A DNA stretch of 64,000 nt from positions 27,518 to 91,517 of the forward strand of contig JAGBDC010000016.1 in assembly GCA_017937705.1 (NCBI GenBank), read 5' to 3'. Shown here piece by piece: positions 51,760 to 61,979 of this stretch. The DNA comes from Alphaproteobacteria bacterium (GTDB taxonomy: Bacteria > Pseudomonadota > Alphaproteobacteria > RF32 > CAG-239). The notes beneath the pieces are model-generated. The model was not told where the DNA came from and ran no database searches. It saw only the letters and a program-made list of their open reading frames with translations. The position numbers and the translations under genes were made by a program. How positions within the stretch are numbered: the stretch's first letter is position 1; every line of letters begins with the position of its first letter.

Positions 51760-52149
51760 ATGGCTTTAAAAGAATTATCCCAAAGACAATTAAGAGTCGG
51801 GCAAGAAATCAAACGAATTATAGCAGAAGAAATCAATCAGGGACGAGTTCGCAATCTTGAACCTATTGATACTTTGGTAACAATTATGGAAACAACAGTT
51901 TCTCCCGATTTAAAATATGCCGATGTGTATTTTGTAACAACAAACGGAGAACTGGATGAAAAAGTTCGTGAAGCACTACAGTTGGCAGCAAACCACTTCC
52001 GCAAAGTGGTGGCTTCAAAAACCATGCTTCGCTATGTTCCGGAAATTCGTTTTTTCATTGATAACACAATGGCAGAAGCTGATAAAATTGAAAAATTGCT
52101 TCATGATCCCAAAGTTCAAGAAGACTTAAAAAAGCAAGATGAAGCATAA
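51760..52149 (+). CDS. rbfA: Ribosome-binding factor A
   Basis: Start at MALKELSQRQLRVGQEIKR. The track ORF begins upstream, inside infB. Confidence 0.85.
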   Translation: MALKELSQRQLRVGQEIKRIIAEEINQGRVRNLEPIDTLVTIMETTVSPDLKYADVYFVTTNGELDEKVREALQLAANHFRKVVASKTMLRYVPEIRFFIDNTMAEADKIEKLLHDPKVQEDLKKQDEA

Positions 52150-53047
52150 AAAAGGCAATAATATAAACGGCTGGTTGATAATTGACAAACCGCAAGGTAT
52201 GGGATCTACCCAAGTTGTCAATTTCACCCGCCGTTTTTTCAATGCTAAAAAAAACGGACACGCAGGAACTCTTGACCCCTTTGCTACTGGTGTTTTACCT
52301 ATTGCATTCGGTGAAGGAACAAAACTTATCGACTTTATAACCGACGGCGATAAAGAATATGAGTTTACTCTTGCTTTCGGTTCGGAAACGGATTCATCCG
52401 ATTGTACGGGAAATATAATTGTCAACGGAGGAAAAACTCCGACAAAAGAAGAAATTATCTCGGTTATTCCTAATTTTATCGGTAAAATAAAACAAACTCC
52501 ACCGGCATTTTCGGCAATAAAAATCAACGGACAACGAGCCTACGATTTAGCCCGAAAAGGAGAAGAAGTTTCGATTCCCGAAAGAGAAATTGAAATTTTC
52601 GGACTGGAGCTTATTGACACAAAAGATAACCTTGCATTTTTTAGAGTTCAATGTTCAAAAGGAACATACGTTCGCAGTTTGGGACGAGATATAGCTCGTT
52701 CTCTAAATACACATGGACATTTGACCGAATTGCGACGTACAAAATGCGGACTTTTTACAATCAACGATACGATTTTACTGGAAAAATTAAAAAATATAGT
52801 ATATGTTGAGCAAGCTAACGAATTTTTGCTTCCGTTAGAAACCTCTCTGCGCGACATCGCGGTTATGGCTGTTTCGGAAGCAGAGGCTGAAAAACTTAAG
52901 CATGGACAAGCTCTGAGCCCAAAAGTATGGGAAGGAAAATTTCCTCCTCAAACAATGGTGGCAACAACTTGTAACGGAGTTTTAACAGCCATGGTACTCG
53001 TCGAAGAAACAAGACTTTCTCCGATTCGGGTTTTTAATTTAACTTAA
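52139..53047 (+). CDS. truB: tRNA pseudouridine55 synthase
   Basis: Protein of 302 aa with [13 protein letters not shown]...[13 protein letters not shown]. Confidence 0.9.
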   Translation: MKHKKGNNINGWLIIDKPQGMGSTQVVNFTRRFFNAKKNGHAGTLDPFATGVLPIAFGEGTKLIDFITDGDKEYEFTLAFGSETDSSDCTGNIIVNGGKTPTKEEIISVIPNFIGKIKQTPPAFSAIKINGQRAYDLARKGEEVSIPEREIEIFGLELIDTKDNLAFFRVQCSKGTYVRSLGRDIARSLNTHGHLTELRRTKCGLFTINDTILLEKLKNIVYVEQANEFLLPLETSLRDIAVMAVSEAEAEKLKHGQALSPKVWEGKFPPQTMVATTCNGVLTAMVLVEETRLSPIRVFNLT

Positions 53048-53067
53048 TTAATATAAGGAAAATAAAG

Positions 53068-53337
53068 ATGTCGATTACAAAAGAAGTAAAAGATGAATTA
53101 GTAAAAACTTATGGTTTGAGCGAAGGCGATACAGGTTCTCCTGAAGTTCAAATTGCAATTTGGACAACTCGTATCAATAACTTGATTGAGCACTTCAATA
53201 CTCACCGTAAAGATCTGCACTCTCGTTTAGGTTTGATGAAAATGGTTTCTAAACGTCGTCACTTGTTAGACTATCTCAAAGCTAAAGACGAAAACAGATA
53301 TAAAGAAATCATCAAAAAACTTAACATTCGTAGATAA
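53068..53337 (+). CDS. rpsO: 30S ribosomal protein S15
   Basis: Protein of 89 aa. Confidence 0.95.
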   Translation: MSITKEVKDELVKTYGLSEGDTGSPEVQIAIWTTRINNLIEHFNTHRKDLHSRLGLMKMVSKRRHLLDYLKAKDENRYKEIIKKLNIRR

Positions 53338-53346
53338 GTTTTTGAA

Positions 53347-53382
53347 CATTGCGGGGCGACACAGTCCCGCAATGCTTTTATT
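53347..53382 (+). promoter_or_regulatory. rpsO terminator / pnp leader hairpin (candidate RNase III and PNPase autoregulation site)
   Basis: CAUUGCGGG-gcgacacagu-CCCGCAAUG (9-bp stem) followed by CUUUUAUU, in the 110-nt rpsO-pnp spacer. Confidence 0.55.
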
Positions 53383-53448
53383 AAATCCTTATCTTAATCA
53401 AGGTAAGGTGCTGTTTATAAAGATGTAAAAGATGAAAGGTAATAGAAT

Positions 53449-55578
53449 ATGAATAACTTAAAAGTATCCACTCGTGAAATTGAATGGGGCGGACGCAAAC
53501 TTATCCTCGAAACCGGAAAAGTTGCAAAACAAGCTACCGGTTCAGTAATTGCTACATACGGCGAAACAAAAGTTTTGGCAACCGTATGTGCAGCTAAAGA
53601 AGTTAAAGAAGATCAAGACTTCTTCCCTTTGACTGTAAATTATCAGGAAAAATATTATGCCACAGGTAAAATCCCCGGTGGCTTTATGAAAAGAGAAAGC
53701 AAACCTTCCGAACACGAAGTTTTGGTATCTCGTTTAATCGATCGTCCGATTCGTCCTTTGTTCCCCGATGCTTTTAAGAACGAAGTTCAAATTATCTGTA
53801 CTGTTTTAGGACATGACCAAAAAACAACTTCTGATGTTGTTGCAATGTTAGCCGCTTCTGCAGCTTTAGCTGTTTCCGGAATTCCGTTTTTAGGTCCTAT
53901 CGGAGCAGCAAAAATCGGCTACAAAGATGGTCAATACATCTTAAACCCAACTATTGAAGAACAAAAAGAATCTGATTTGGAATTGACGGTTGCCGGTACC
54001 AAAGAAGGTGTTTTAATGGTTGAATCTGAAGCAAACGAACTCTCTGAAGAAACTATGCTCGGTGCCGTTATGTTCGGCTTTAACAGCTTCCAACCAATCA
54101 TTGACATGATTAATGATTTGGCTAAAGAAGCAGGAAAACCTGCTTGGGAAGCTCCGGTATTTCCGAAAGAATTTGATGAAATGTACGAACGTATCGCCAA
54201 AGATTATCGTGCAAAATATGAAACAGCATTTACAGAAACCAACAAATTGGCTCGCGGAACATTAGTTGGTCAAATTGATGAAGAAATTAAAGCAACCATT
54301 GATCCCGAAAACGAATTTGAAAACAGATATTTGTTAGATGTTTTAGAAAAAATCAAACATGTTGTGGTTAGAGAAAAAGTTCTCAATACAGGTCATCGTA
54401 TTGACGGTCGTGATACAAAAACCGTACGTCCGATTTGGTGTGAAGTTGACACTTTGCCGACATCTCATGGTTCTGCCATTTTTACACGTGGTGAAACACA
54501 AGCTTTGGTTGTCACAACACTTGGAACCGGTGAAGATGCTCAAATTGTTGACGGTTTAATGAACGAATATAAACAAGACTTTATGCTCAACTATAATTTC
54601 CCTCCGTTTTCTGTTGGTGAATGCGGACGTTTAGGCTCTCCCGGACGTCGTGAAATCGGTCACGGTAAATTGGCATGGAGAGCTATTCACCCGATGTTAC
54701 CTAAAGACAAAGATGCTTTTCCTTACACCATTCGTGTGGTTTCTGAAATTATGGAATCAAACGGTTCTTCTTCAATGGCTACCGTTTGCGGAACAACTTT
54801 GTCTTTGATGGCTGCCGGTGTTCCGATGACCAAACCGGTTGCAGGTATTGCTATGGGCTTAATTAAAGAAGACGACGGGCGTGTTGCTATTTTGACAGAT
54901 ATTTTAGGTGACGAAGACCACCTTGGCGATATGGACTTTAAAGTAGCCGGAACAAAAGATGGTGTTACAGCTTTACAAATGGATATCAAAATTACTTCAA
55001 TTACTGAAGAAATTATGAAAAATGCTTTAGCTCAAGCACATGAAGGTCGTATCCATATTTTAGGCGAAATGGCAAAAGCTATTGCAGAACCTCGCAAAGA
55101 AGTTGCACCTACTGCTCCACGCATTATCGCTATTAAAATTCCGGTTGATAAAATTCGTGAAGTTATCGGTTCCGGCGGTAAGGTAATTCGTGAAATCACC
55201 GAAAAAACCAATTCAAAAATTGATATCAGCGAAGACGGAGTTATTCATATTGCGACTGTTAACAGTGCTGACGGGCAAGCTGCTCTTGACTGGATTATGG
55301 GAATTGTTGCCGAACCTGAAGAAGGACATATTTATCACGGAACAATCACTAAAATTATGGACTTTGGTGCATTCGTTCGTTTTATCGGAACAACCGAAGG
55401 ATTAGTTCACATTTCAGAAGTTAAAAATGAGCGTATTGCTTCTGTTTCCGATTTCTACAAAGAAGGTGATAAAATTTGGGTAAAATGCTTGGGTACCGAC
55501 AATCGCGGCAAAATAAAGCTCTCTGCAAAAAGAGTAAACCAAGAAACCGGTGAAGATTTGGAAAAATCCGAACAATAA
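53449..55578 (+). CDS. pnp: Polyribonucleotide nucleotidyltransferase
   Basis: Protein of 709 aa with two RNase PH domains plus KH and S1 domains. Confidence 0.95.
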   Translation: MNNLKVSTREIEWGGRKLILETGKVAKQATGSVIATYGETKVLATVCAAKEVKEDQDFFPLTVNYQEKYYATGKIPGGFMKRESKPSEHEVLVSRLIDRPIRPLFPDAFKNEVQIICTVLGHDQKTTSDVVAMLAASAALAVSGIPFLGPIGAAKIGYKDGQYILNPTIEEQKESDLELTVAGTKEGVLMVESEANELSEETMLGAVMFGFNSFQPIIDMINDLAKEAGKPAWEAPVFPKEFDEMYERIAKDYRAKYETAFTETNKLARGTLVGQIDEEIKATIDPENEFENRYLLDVLEKIKHVVVREKVLNTGHRIDGRDTKTVRPIWCEVDTLPTSHGSAIFTRGETQALVVTTLGTGEDAQIVDGLMNEYKQDFMLNYNFPPFSVGECGRLGSPGRREIGHGKLAWRAIHPMLPKDKDAFPYTIRVVSEIMESNGSSSMATVCGTTLSLMAAGVPMTKPVAGIAMGLIKEDDGRVAILTDILGDEDHLGDMDFKVAGTKDGVTALQMDIKITSITEEIMKNALAQAHEGRIHILGEMAKAIAEPRKEVAPTAPRIIAIKIPVDKIREVIGSGGKVIREITEKTNSKIDISEDGVIHIATVNSADGQAALDWIMGIVAEPEEGHIYHGTITKIMDFGAFVRFIGTTEGLVHISEVKNERIASVSDFYKEGDKIWVKCLGTDNRGKIKLSAKRVNQETGEDLEKSEQ

Positions 55579-55584
55579 AAAACA

Positions 55585-55615
55585 AAAAGGTGTTTCTTCG
55601 GAAACACCTTTTTTA
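55585..55615. terminator. pnp intrinsic terminator (bidirectional)
   Basis: AAAAAGGUGUUUC-uucg-GAAACACCUUUUUU. Confidence 0.7.
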
Positions 55616-55629
55616 ATACCTGATAGAAT

Positions 55630-55917
55630 TTAGAGCAATACAACCGCTCCTAAAATCAACAGTAAGACTATCGCACCTATAACGAGGATTCTTCTGTCTC
55701 TTTTTCGCATTTTAATCCTTTCCTGCTCCAAATCCGTGCGAGAAATGATGTATTCGTTATTACGGTACACATAAACATAAATCTCGCTTCCTTCTTTGAG
55801 TTCCAAATCATCTTCCCAAAAATCAGCAGACTTAACGGTAATAACCGAACCGTCCTCAAAGGTCAGCTTGTAAGCATAAACAACTTTCTCTACAAACGTA
55901 CCTTCAGCATATTCCAC
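55630..55917 (-). CDS. Small C-terminally anchored membrane protein, hypothetical (GTG start)
   Basis: Track ORF of 95 aa with a C-terminal TM helix (ILVIGAIVLLLILGAVVLL). Weak support. Confidence 0.3.
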   Translation of the reverse strand: MEYAEGTFVEKVVYAYKLTFEDGSVITVKSADFWEDDLELKEGSEIYVYVYRNNEYIISRTDLEQERIKMRKRDRRILVIGAIVLLLILGAVVLL

Positions 55918-56031
55918 AACTTCGGGTTAAAAAAGTTCTTCAAGTTTAATAATTTTTCGTTTCATATCAATAATTTTTAATGTCGCTAACACACTAAAAT
56001 AAATTAATATTTATGTCAATTACATAATAAA

Positions 56032-56120
56032 AAACGAATCCGATTTGCACAATATTCGTTTATTACCTTGAAATAATATTTTTTAAGTTGTAGGTTAAAG
56101 ACATTAAGTTGTTTAACCTA
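56032..56120 (+). promoter_or_regulatory. Two perfect palindromes upstream of hppA (candidate operator or leader hairpins)
   Basis: AAACGAAT-N14-ATTCGTTT spans 56032-56061 and TAGGTTAAA-N12-TTTAACCTA spans 56091-56120. The second ends 23 nt before the hppA ATG. Confidence 0.35.
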
Positions 56121-56142
56121 AAAAATTTTAAGGAAGGAAATT

Positions 56143-58560
56143 ATGCAATTTTTAAAAAAATTATGCTCTGTTGCATCTGCATCAGTGTTGTTTTTATGCA
56201 GCTTTGTCGCTAGTGCAACAGCCTCTGAAATTGATTTAAAAATCCCATCGTTGGATATTGATTATAATTTCTGGGGACACACTATTACCGGTTCGCAAAT
56301 TCTTTTATACGGACTCGCTATTTGCGGATTTGGTTTTGTTTTCGGATTATACGAATTTTTGAAAATAAAAAAAATGCCGGTTCACAAATCTATGGCTAAT
56401 ATGGCTGCTCTCATTTATGAAACCTGCAAAACATATATGAAACAGCAAGCTGTCTTGTTAGTAATATTAGAAGCATTTATTGCTGTTTGCATTTTCTATT
56501 ACTTCTTTGGTTTGAACGGAACTCCGTTACCTATGGTTCTCAACATTTTGCTGTGGTCTGTTTTAGGTATTCTCGGTTCATTTGCCGTTGCATGGTTTGG
56601 AATGCGCATCAATACCTATGCTAACTCTCGCACCGCTTTTGCTTCATTAAAAGGCAAAGCATTTCCGGTTATGGCTCTCCCTCTTCAATCAGGTATGTCT
56701 ATCGGTGTTTTACTCATTTGTGTAGAACTGGTTATGATGATTTTTATTCTCTTGTTTATTCCGAGAGAAAATGCCGGCGCTTGCTTTGTAGGTTTTGCAA
56801 TCGGTGAATCATTAGGCGCTTCTGCCTTGCGTATTTGCGGCGGTATCTTCACCAAAATTGCTGATATCGGCGCCGACTTAATGAAAATTATTTTCAAAAT
56901 TGACGAAGATGATGCTCGTAATCCGGGTGTTATTGCCGACTGTACAGGTGATAACGCAGGCGATTCCGTAGGACCGACCGCTGATGGTTTTGAAACATAC
57001 GGTGTTACCGGTGTTGCTCTTATCAGTTTCATTGTTTTGGCAGCCGGAATGGTATATGCTCCTGACGGAGAACTCTCTTTAATGGCAAACGGTATTGATA
57101 TTCAAGCACGTCTTATCGTATGGATTTTTGCCATGAGATTAATGATGGTTTTAACCTCTATCGTTTCTTATTTAATCAATGGCAAAATTGCTAAACTTTT
57201 ATTTGGCAACAAACAGGATTTTGATTTTGAAACTCCGTTAACATCTTTGGTATGGATTACTTCCGTACTTTCTATTGCCGTTACATTTGCCATTTCATAT
57301 ATTATGATTGGTGATATGGGTGAAGATTTGTGGTGGAAGCTTTCCGTTATTATCAGTTGTGGAACTTTTGCAGCCGCCATAATTCCGGAATTTACCAAAA
57401 TCTTTACTTCGTCAAAATCCGGACATGTTCAAGAAATTGTTAATGCAAGCCGTCAAGCCGGTGCTTCATTGAATATTATATCCGGTATGGTTGCAGGTAA
57501 TTTCTCTGCCTTCTGGAAAGGCTTGGTAATGATTGGCCTTATGGTTGTTGCATATTTTACTGCCGCAAACGGACTTAGCGACTATATGGTTTATCCGACC
57601 GTATTTGCTTTTGGTTTAGTTGCTTTCGGTATGTTAGGAATGGGACCGGTTACAATAGCGGTTGACAGCTATGGACCGGTTACGGATAATGCTCAATCTG
57701 TTTTTGAATTATCACAAATAGAACAATTAAAAGGCATTAAAGCAGAAATCAAAAAAGAATATGATTTTGAGCCTAATTTCAAACTGGGTAAAGAATTGTT
57801 AGAAAAGAACGATTCTGCAGGAAACACCTTTAAAGCAACCGCGAAACCGGTATTAATCGGAACTGCGGTTATCGGTGCGACAACAATGATATTCTCTATC
57901 ATTCTGTTGTTAAATCTTGAACTCAACCTTATGGATCCGATGGTGTTATTCGGACTTTTAATGGGCGGTGCAGTCATTTATTGGTTCTCGGGAGCATCCA
58001 TGCAAGCTGTTTCAACCGGAGCTTATCGTGCTGTTGCATACATCAAAAAGCACATCAATCTCAATACCAAAGAAGCTGCATCTATTGAAGATTCTAAAAA
58101 AGTTGTAAAAATCTGTACAATTTATGCTCAAAAAGGAATGTTCAATATCTTTATGGTTATCTTCTGCATGACTATCGCTCTGGCTTGTTTTGATGCAAAC
58201 CTCTTTGCAAGCTATCTTATCTCCATTGCCGCTTTCGGTTTATTCCAAGCTCTTTATATGGCTAATGCCGGCGGTGCATGGGATAATGCCAAAAAGGTTG
58301 TAGAAGTTGATTTAAAAGAAAAAGGAACGGCTTTACACGATGCCGCCGTTGTTGGTGATACAGTCGGTGACCCGTATAAAGACACCTCTTCCGTTGCATT
58401 AAATCCGATTATTAAGTTCACAACTTTATTCGGTTTATTGGCTGTGGAAATGGCTGTTGCCGCTCCTCGCTGTATTGCTTTAGGTGCGGGTATTACCTTG
58501 TTCCTAATTTCGCTCATTTTTGTATGGCGTTCATTCTACAAAATGAGAATAGATGAATAA
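56143..58560 (+). CDS. hppA: Membrane-bound proton-translocating pyrophosphatase (K+-independent type suggested)
   Basis: Protein of 805 aa with DxxxD and GDTVGDPYKDTS motifs. GNTFKA (Lys present) falls at the K+-dependence position. An N-terminal signal-like extension and a long inserted loop account for the extra length. Confidence 0.9.
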   Translation: MQFLKKLCSVASASVLFLCSFVASATASEIDLKIPSLDIDYNFWGHTITGSQILLYGLAICGFGFVFGLYEFLKIKKMPVHKSMANMAALIYETCKTYMKQQAVLLVILEAFIAVCIFYYFFGLNGTPLPMVLNILLWSVLGILGSFAVAWFGMRINTYANSRTAFASLKGKAFPVMALPLQSGMSIGVLLICVELVMMIFILLFIPRENAGACFVGFAIGESLGASALRICGGIFTKIADIGADLMKIIFKIDEDDARNPGVIADCTGDNAGDSVGPTADGFETYGVTGVALISFIVLAAGMVYAPDGELSLMANGIDIQARLIVWIFAMRLMMVLTSIVSYLINGKIAKLLFGNKQDFDFETPLTSLVWITSVLSIAVTFAISYIMIGDMGEDLWWKLSVIISCGTFAAAIIPEFTKIFTSSKSGHVQEIVNASRQAGASLNIISGMVAGNFSAFWKGLVMIGLMVVAYFTAANGLSDYMVYPTVFAFGLVAFGMLGMGPVTIAVDSYGPVTDNAQSVFELSQIEQLKGIKAEIKKEYDFEPNFKLGKELLEKNDSAGNTFKATAKPVLIGTAVIGATTMIFSIILLLNLELNLMDPMVLFGLLMGGAVIYWFSGASMQAVSTGAYRAVAYIKKHINLNTKEAASIEDSKKVVKICTIYAQKGMFNIFMVIFCMTIALACFDANLFASYLISIAAFGLFQALYMANAGGAWDNAKKVVEVDLKEKGTALHDAAVVGDTVGDPYKDTSSVALNPIIKFTTLFGLLAVEMAVAAPRCIALGAGITLFLISLIFVWRSFYKMRIDE

Positions 58561-58577
58561 GCTCATTTATGATTAAG

Positions 58578-58616
58578 AAAAATCCTCAAAATTGTTACCA
58601 ATTTTGAGGATTTTCT
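58578..58616 (+). terminator. hppA intrinsic terminator
   Basis: Perfect 16-bp stem AAAAUCCUCAAAAUUG-uuacc-AAUUUUGAGGAUUUU followed by CUU. Confidence 0.7.
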
Positions 58617-58651
58617 TGCATAATACAATTTAATCTTATAGTATCGGCCTG

Positions 58652-59776
58652 ATGAAGAAGCTGAATATATATATCGCCAATCAAATATTTATTGGCTTTT
58701 TATTGGTTACATTTTCGTTGATGTCGATTTTGTGGCTTACTCAGTCTTTGCGTTTTATTGAAATGATTACCAACAAAGGCTTGCCTATCAGTTTGTTCAT
58801 TAAAATGACATCTTGCCTCATGCCTCGCTTATATGCAATTTTATCTCCTATTTCATTATTTGTTGCAGTCCTGTTTGTGTATAATCGTATGCTTTCCGAT
58901 AGAGAATTAGTTGTAATTAAATCGGCAGGTATAAGCCCGTGGCAAAGTGCAAAACCCGCTCTTTTTATGGGGATTTTAGTTTCATTGTTTGCTGTGTACG
59001 TAAATAACGTGGCCACGCCATCAGCAGAAAAAAAATTCCAAGATTTAGAATGGCAAGTAAAAAACGATGTATCACACCTTATGTTTAGGGAAGGCGAATT
59101 TACTACACTGAGCAATAACCTTACCGTTTTTATAACATCTCATAAAAAAGATGGCTCGGTAGAAGGAGTTATGATTAATGATGAAAGAAACCCTAAGGTA
59201 AAAGTTACTGTAGCGGCGGAGAGCGGAATTATTATTTATACGGAACAGGGACCTAGAATTGTTCTTATCAACGGGATAAGACAAGAGGTAAACAATCAAA
59301 CATCTCAGTTTTCTTCATTGTCATTTGACAGATATTCTGTTGACTTTGGGGCATCACAAAACAAACGCAGAAAAGCAGCATCTGCTCGCTCTAAAACCTT
59401 AACCGAACTGCTAAACGCCTCATCTAATCCCAATCTTTCACCGGCAGAGGCTCGCCGATACATTGTTGAAGGAAACAGAAGATTGCTTAATCCTTTTTAT
59501 AATTTTGTAATGTCATTATTGGCATGTGTCGGTCTTTTGGTCGGAAACTTCAATCGTCGCGGACAAGGAAAAATTATATCCTTTTCCATCCTGCTTATGG
59601 TAATGATACAAGCAAACGATCTTATTTTTGGAAATTTAAGCACTAAGAACTTATACTTTTTATCGCTCTTTTATGCAAATATCATCTTGCCGACAATATT
59701 CGGTTTTTGGTTCTTGTTTTTCTACAATCCTACATGGCTTGCTCGTTTAGGTAAAAAAGAGGAGTTTCCTAAATGA
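58652..59776 (+). CDS. LPS export ABC permease (LptF/LptG, YjgP/YjgQ family)
   Basis: Protein of 374 aa with 6 TM helices and a periplasmic beta-jellyroll insert. It overlaps lptD by 4 nt. Confidence 0.85.
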   Translation: MKKLNIYIANQIFIGFLLVTFSLMSILWLTQSLRFIEMITNKGLPISLFIKMTSCLMPRLYAILSPISLFVAVLFVYNRMLSDRELVVIKSAGISPWQSAKPALFMGILVSLFAVYVNNVATPSAEKKFQDLEWQVKNDVSHLMFREGEFTTLSNNLTVFITSHKKDGSVEGVMINDERNPKVKVTVAAESGIIIYTEQGPRIVLINGIRQEVNNQTSQFSSLSFDRYSVDFGASQNKRRKAASARSKTLTELLNASSNPNLSPAEARRYIVEGNRRLLNPFYNFVMSLLACVGLLVGNFNRRGQGKIISFSILLMVMIQANDLIFGNLSTKNLYFLSLFYANIILPTIFGFWFLFFYNPTWLARLGKKEEFPK

Positions 59777-61968
59777 CAAAGAAAATATCGTTGATTTGTA
59801 CTACTGTATTAACAATAATATTGTGTATTTTCTCGATTTCTTTTGCCCAAGAAAACGAGAAAAAAGTTCCCATATATTTTAGTGCCGATGAAGTTGAAGA
59901 AAACTCAAAAACAGGGGTTATTATAGCAAAAGGCGATGTCAATATTAACCGCAACGGTGTCACATTAAAAGCTGATAAACTAACCTATGACAGACAAAAT
60001 GATGTTCTTACTGCCGAGGGTAATGTCAGCGTTATGCAACCGGATGGAACGGTTGTATTTTCTGAATATGCACGTTTATCGGATAAGATGTCAAAAGCCA
60101 CCATTACCGAAGTAAAAGCTATTTTAGCAGATAAAAGTCGTGTTGCCGCACAAAGAATAAAACAAACAGCAAACAAGGATAAGCACTTTTTTTATGCAGT
60201 ATATTCTCCTTGTGATGTATGCGAAAACAATCCTAAGCCTCTTTGGTCAATAAAAGCTCGCAAAATAACCCACGATGCAAGCAACAATGATGTATATTAT
60301 CGTAGCGCTTTCTTATCATTTAAGGATATTCCGTTTTTATACACTCCGTTTATGTCGCACCCCGATCCGTCAGTAAAAAGACGTAGCGGTTTTTTAACTC
60401 CGTCATTAGCGAGCAACAACTATTTAGGAACAGCGGTTGAGTTACGTTATTTTATCAACATATCCGACCACGAAGATTTATTATTAACCCCTGTTTTCAG
60501 CAGCGACCAAGATATTGTGTTTGGAGGTCGCTATCGTAAAATGTTATACAATGGAGAACTTGACGTTTCTGGTTCGGTTATGAAAGACAGAGATACCGAT
60601 GAAATCAGAGGACACGTAGTTGCTAAAGGACGATATGAAATAAATGATCTTTGGGTTGCAAAAATGGATATTAATTATGCCTCCGACGGAGCATATTTAA
60701 AAGATTTATCATTACCCGGGAAAACCGAAACATGGTTGACATCTAAAGTATCAGCCGAAAGATTTGATAATCGCAACTATGCCAGCATTGAAGGATATGC
60801 TTATAAACTGGTAAGTCACTCATTGAGAACGTCGGATATAGACACATATAAACAACGAGAATATAGTAAACCATATATATTACCGCTGGCAACTTATGAA
60901 TATATCAGCGACAGCAACTCCATAGGAGCATATTTTAAAAACACTTTTAACATGGCGTCAATATATAGAGAACATGATGAAACACAAACGCAACGGATAA
61001 CAATGATAAACGCTTGGAATTTACCATACACAAGTCCGTTTGGAGAAAAATATCGTTTTACCGCATCATTGAAATCAGATTTATATTATGTTGACGACTA
61101 CTTTAACAGCAAAAACGAAAATTACACCGGTTTTGTCGGTCGAATTTTTCCGCAATTAGGTATGGAATGGAGACTTCCTTTTGTAAAGGCAACCGAAAAT
61201 TCTCGTCAAATTATTGAACCCATAATTGTTGCAGTAGCAGCTCCTAATGGAGGGAACAATACAGACAAAATACCAAATGAAGACAGTCTGAATGCACAAT
61301 TTGATGACAACAATATATTAGATTTGGATAGATATGCCGGATATGACCGAAATGATACAGGAAGCAGAATTAGTTATGGTTTTAATTGGAGTGCCTATGG
61401 CAATATTTTAGGGAGAACTTCTTCATTTTTCGGACAAACTTATTATTTGAAAAAAGATGAAAGCTATGCTCAAACTCTCGGCAACGATTCTCACTTCAGC
61501 GATTATGTCGGAAGGATTTTTTCCGCACCTAATTCTTATCTTGATTTCAATTATCGTTTTCGTCTTGATAAGAACGATTTCAGCATGAAGTATAATGAAA
61601 TAAATACTCGCATCGGAACATCTATGATATCTGCCTACATTTCGTTTATTTCAATAAAAGGACGTGATAAAGACGGAGCAGATTCCAGTTTATATTTCTT
61701 TGATGACTACAAGGAAAGAAAAGAATTATATACTTCTTTGAGAGCAAAATTATCTAAAGATTGGAGTTTCATTATTTATAATCGTCAAGATCTATCGGAT
61801 AGAGATATTTCACTGGAACATGGCGGTAAATTAATTTATGAAGATGAATGCTTTAAATTAATATTCAATACACATAAATATAATTCAACCGACCCTGACT
61901 ACGATGACGGTTATGAATTTTCAGCAACATTCATGCTCAAGACATTGGGCGGTATAGGTTCAGAATAA
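59773..61968 (+). CDS. lptD: LPS-assembly protein LptD
   Basis: Protein of 731 aa with a signal peptide, an N-terminal LptA-like domain and a large beta-barrel. Confidence 0.9.
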   Translation: MTKKISLICTTVLTIILCIFSISFAQENEKKVPIYFSADEVEENSKTGVIIAKGDVNINRNGVTLKADKLTYDRQNDVLTAEGNVSVMQPDGTVVFSEYARLSDKMSKATITEVKAILADKSRVAAQRIKQTANKDKHFFYAVYSPCDVCENNPKPLWSIKARKITHDASNNDVYYRSAFLSFKDIPFLYTPFMSHPDPSVKRRSGFLTPSLASNNYLGTAVELRYFINISDHEDLLLTPVFSSDQDIVFGGRYRKMLYNGELDVSGSVMKDRDTDEIRGHVVAKGRYEINDLWVAKMDINYASDGAYLKDLSLPGKTETWLTSKVSAERFDNRNYASIEGYAYKLVSHSLRTSDIDTYKQREYSKPYILPLATYEYISDSNSIGAYFKNTFNMASIYREHDETQTQRITMINAWNLPYTSPFGEKYRFTASLKSDLYYVDDYFNSKNENYTGFVGRIFPQLGMEWRLPFVKATENSRQIIEPIIVAVAAPNGGNNTDKIPNEDSLNAQFDDNNILDLDRYAGYDRNDTGSRISYGFNWSAYGNILGRTSSFFGQTYYLKKDESYAQTLGNDSHFSDYVGRIFSAPNSYLDFNYRFRLDKNDFSMKYNEINTRIGTSMISAYISFISIKGRDKDGADSSLYFFDDYKERKELYTSLRAKLSKDWSFIIYNRQDLSDRDISLEHGGKLIYEDECFKLIFNTHKYNSTDPDYDDGYEFSATFMLKTLGGIGSE

Positions 61969-61979
61969 AGGAGCTTAAA

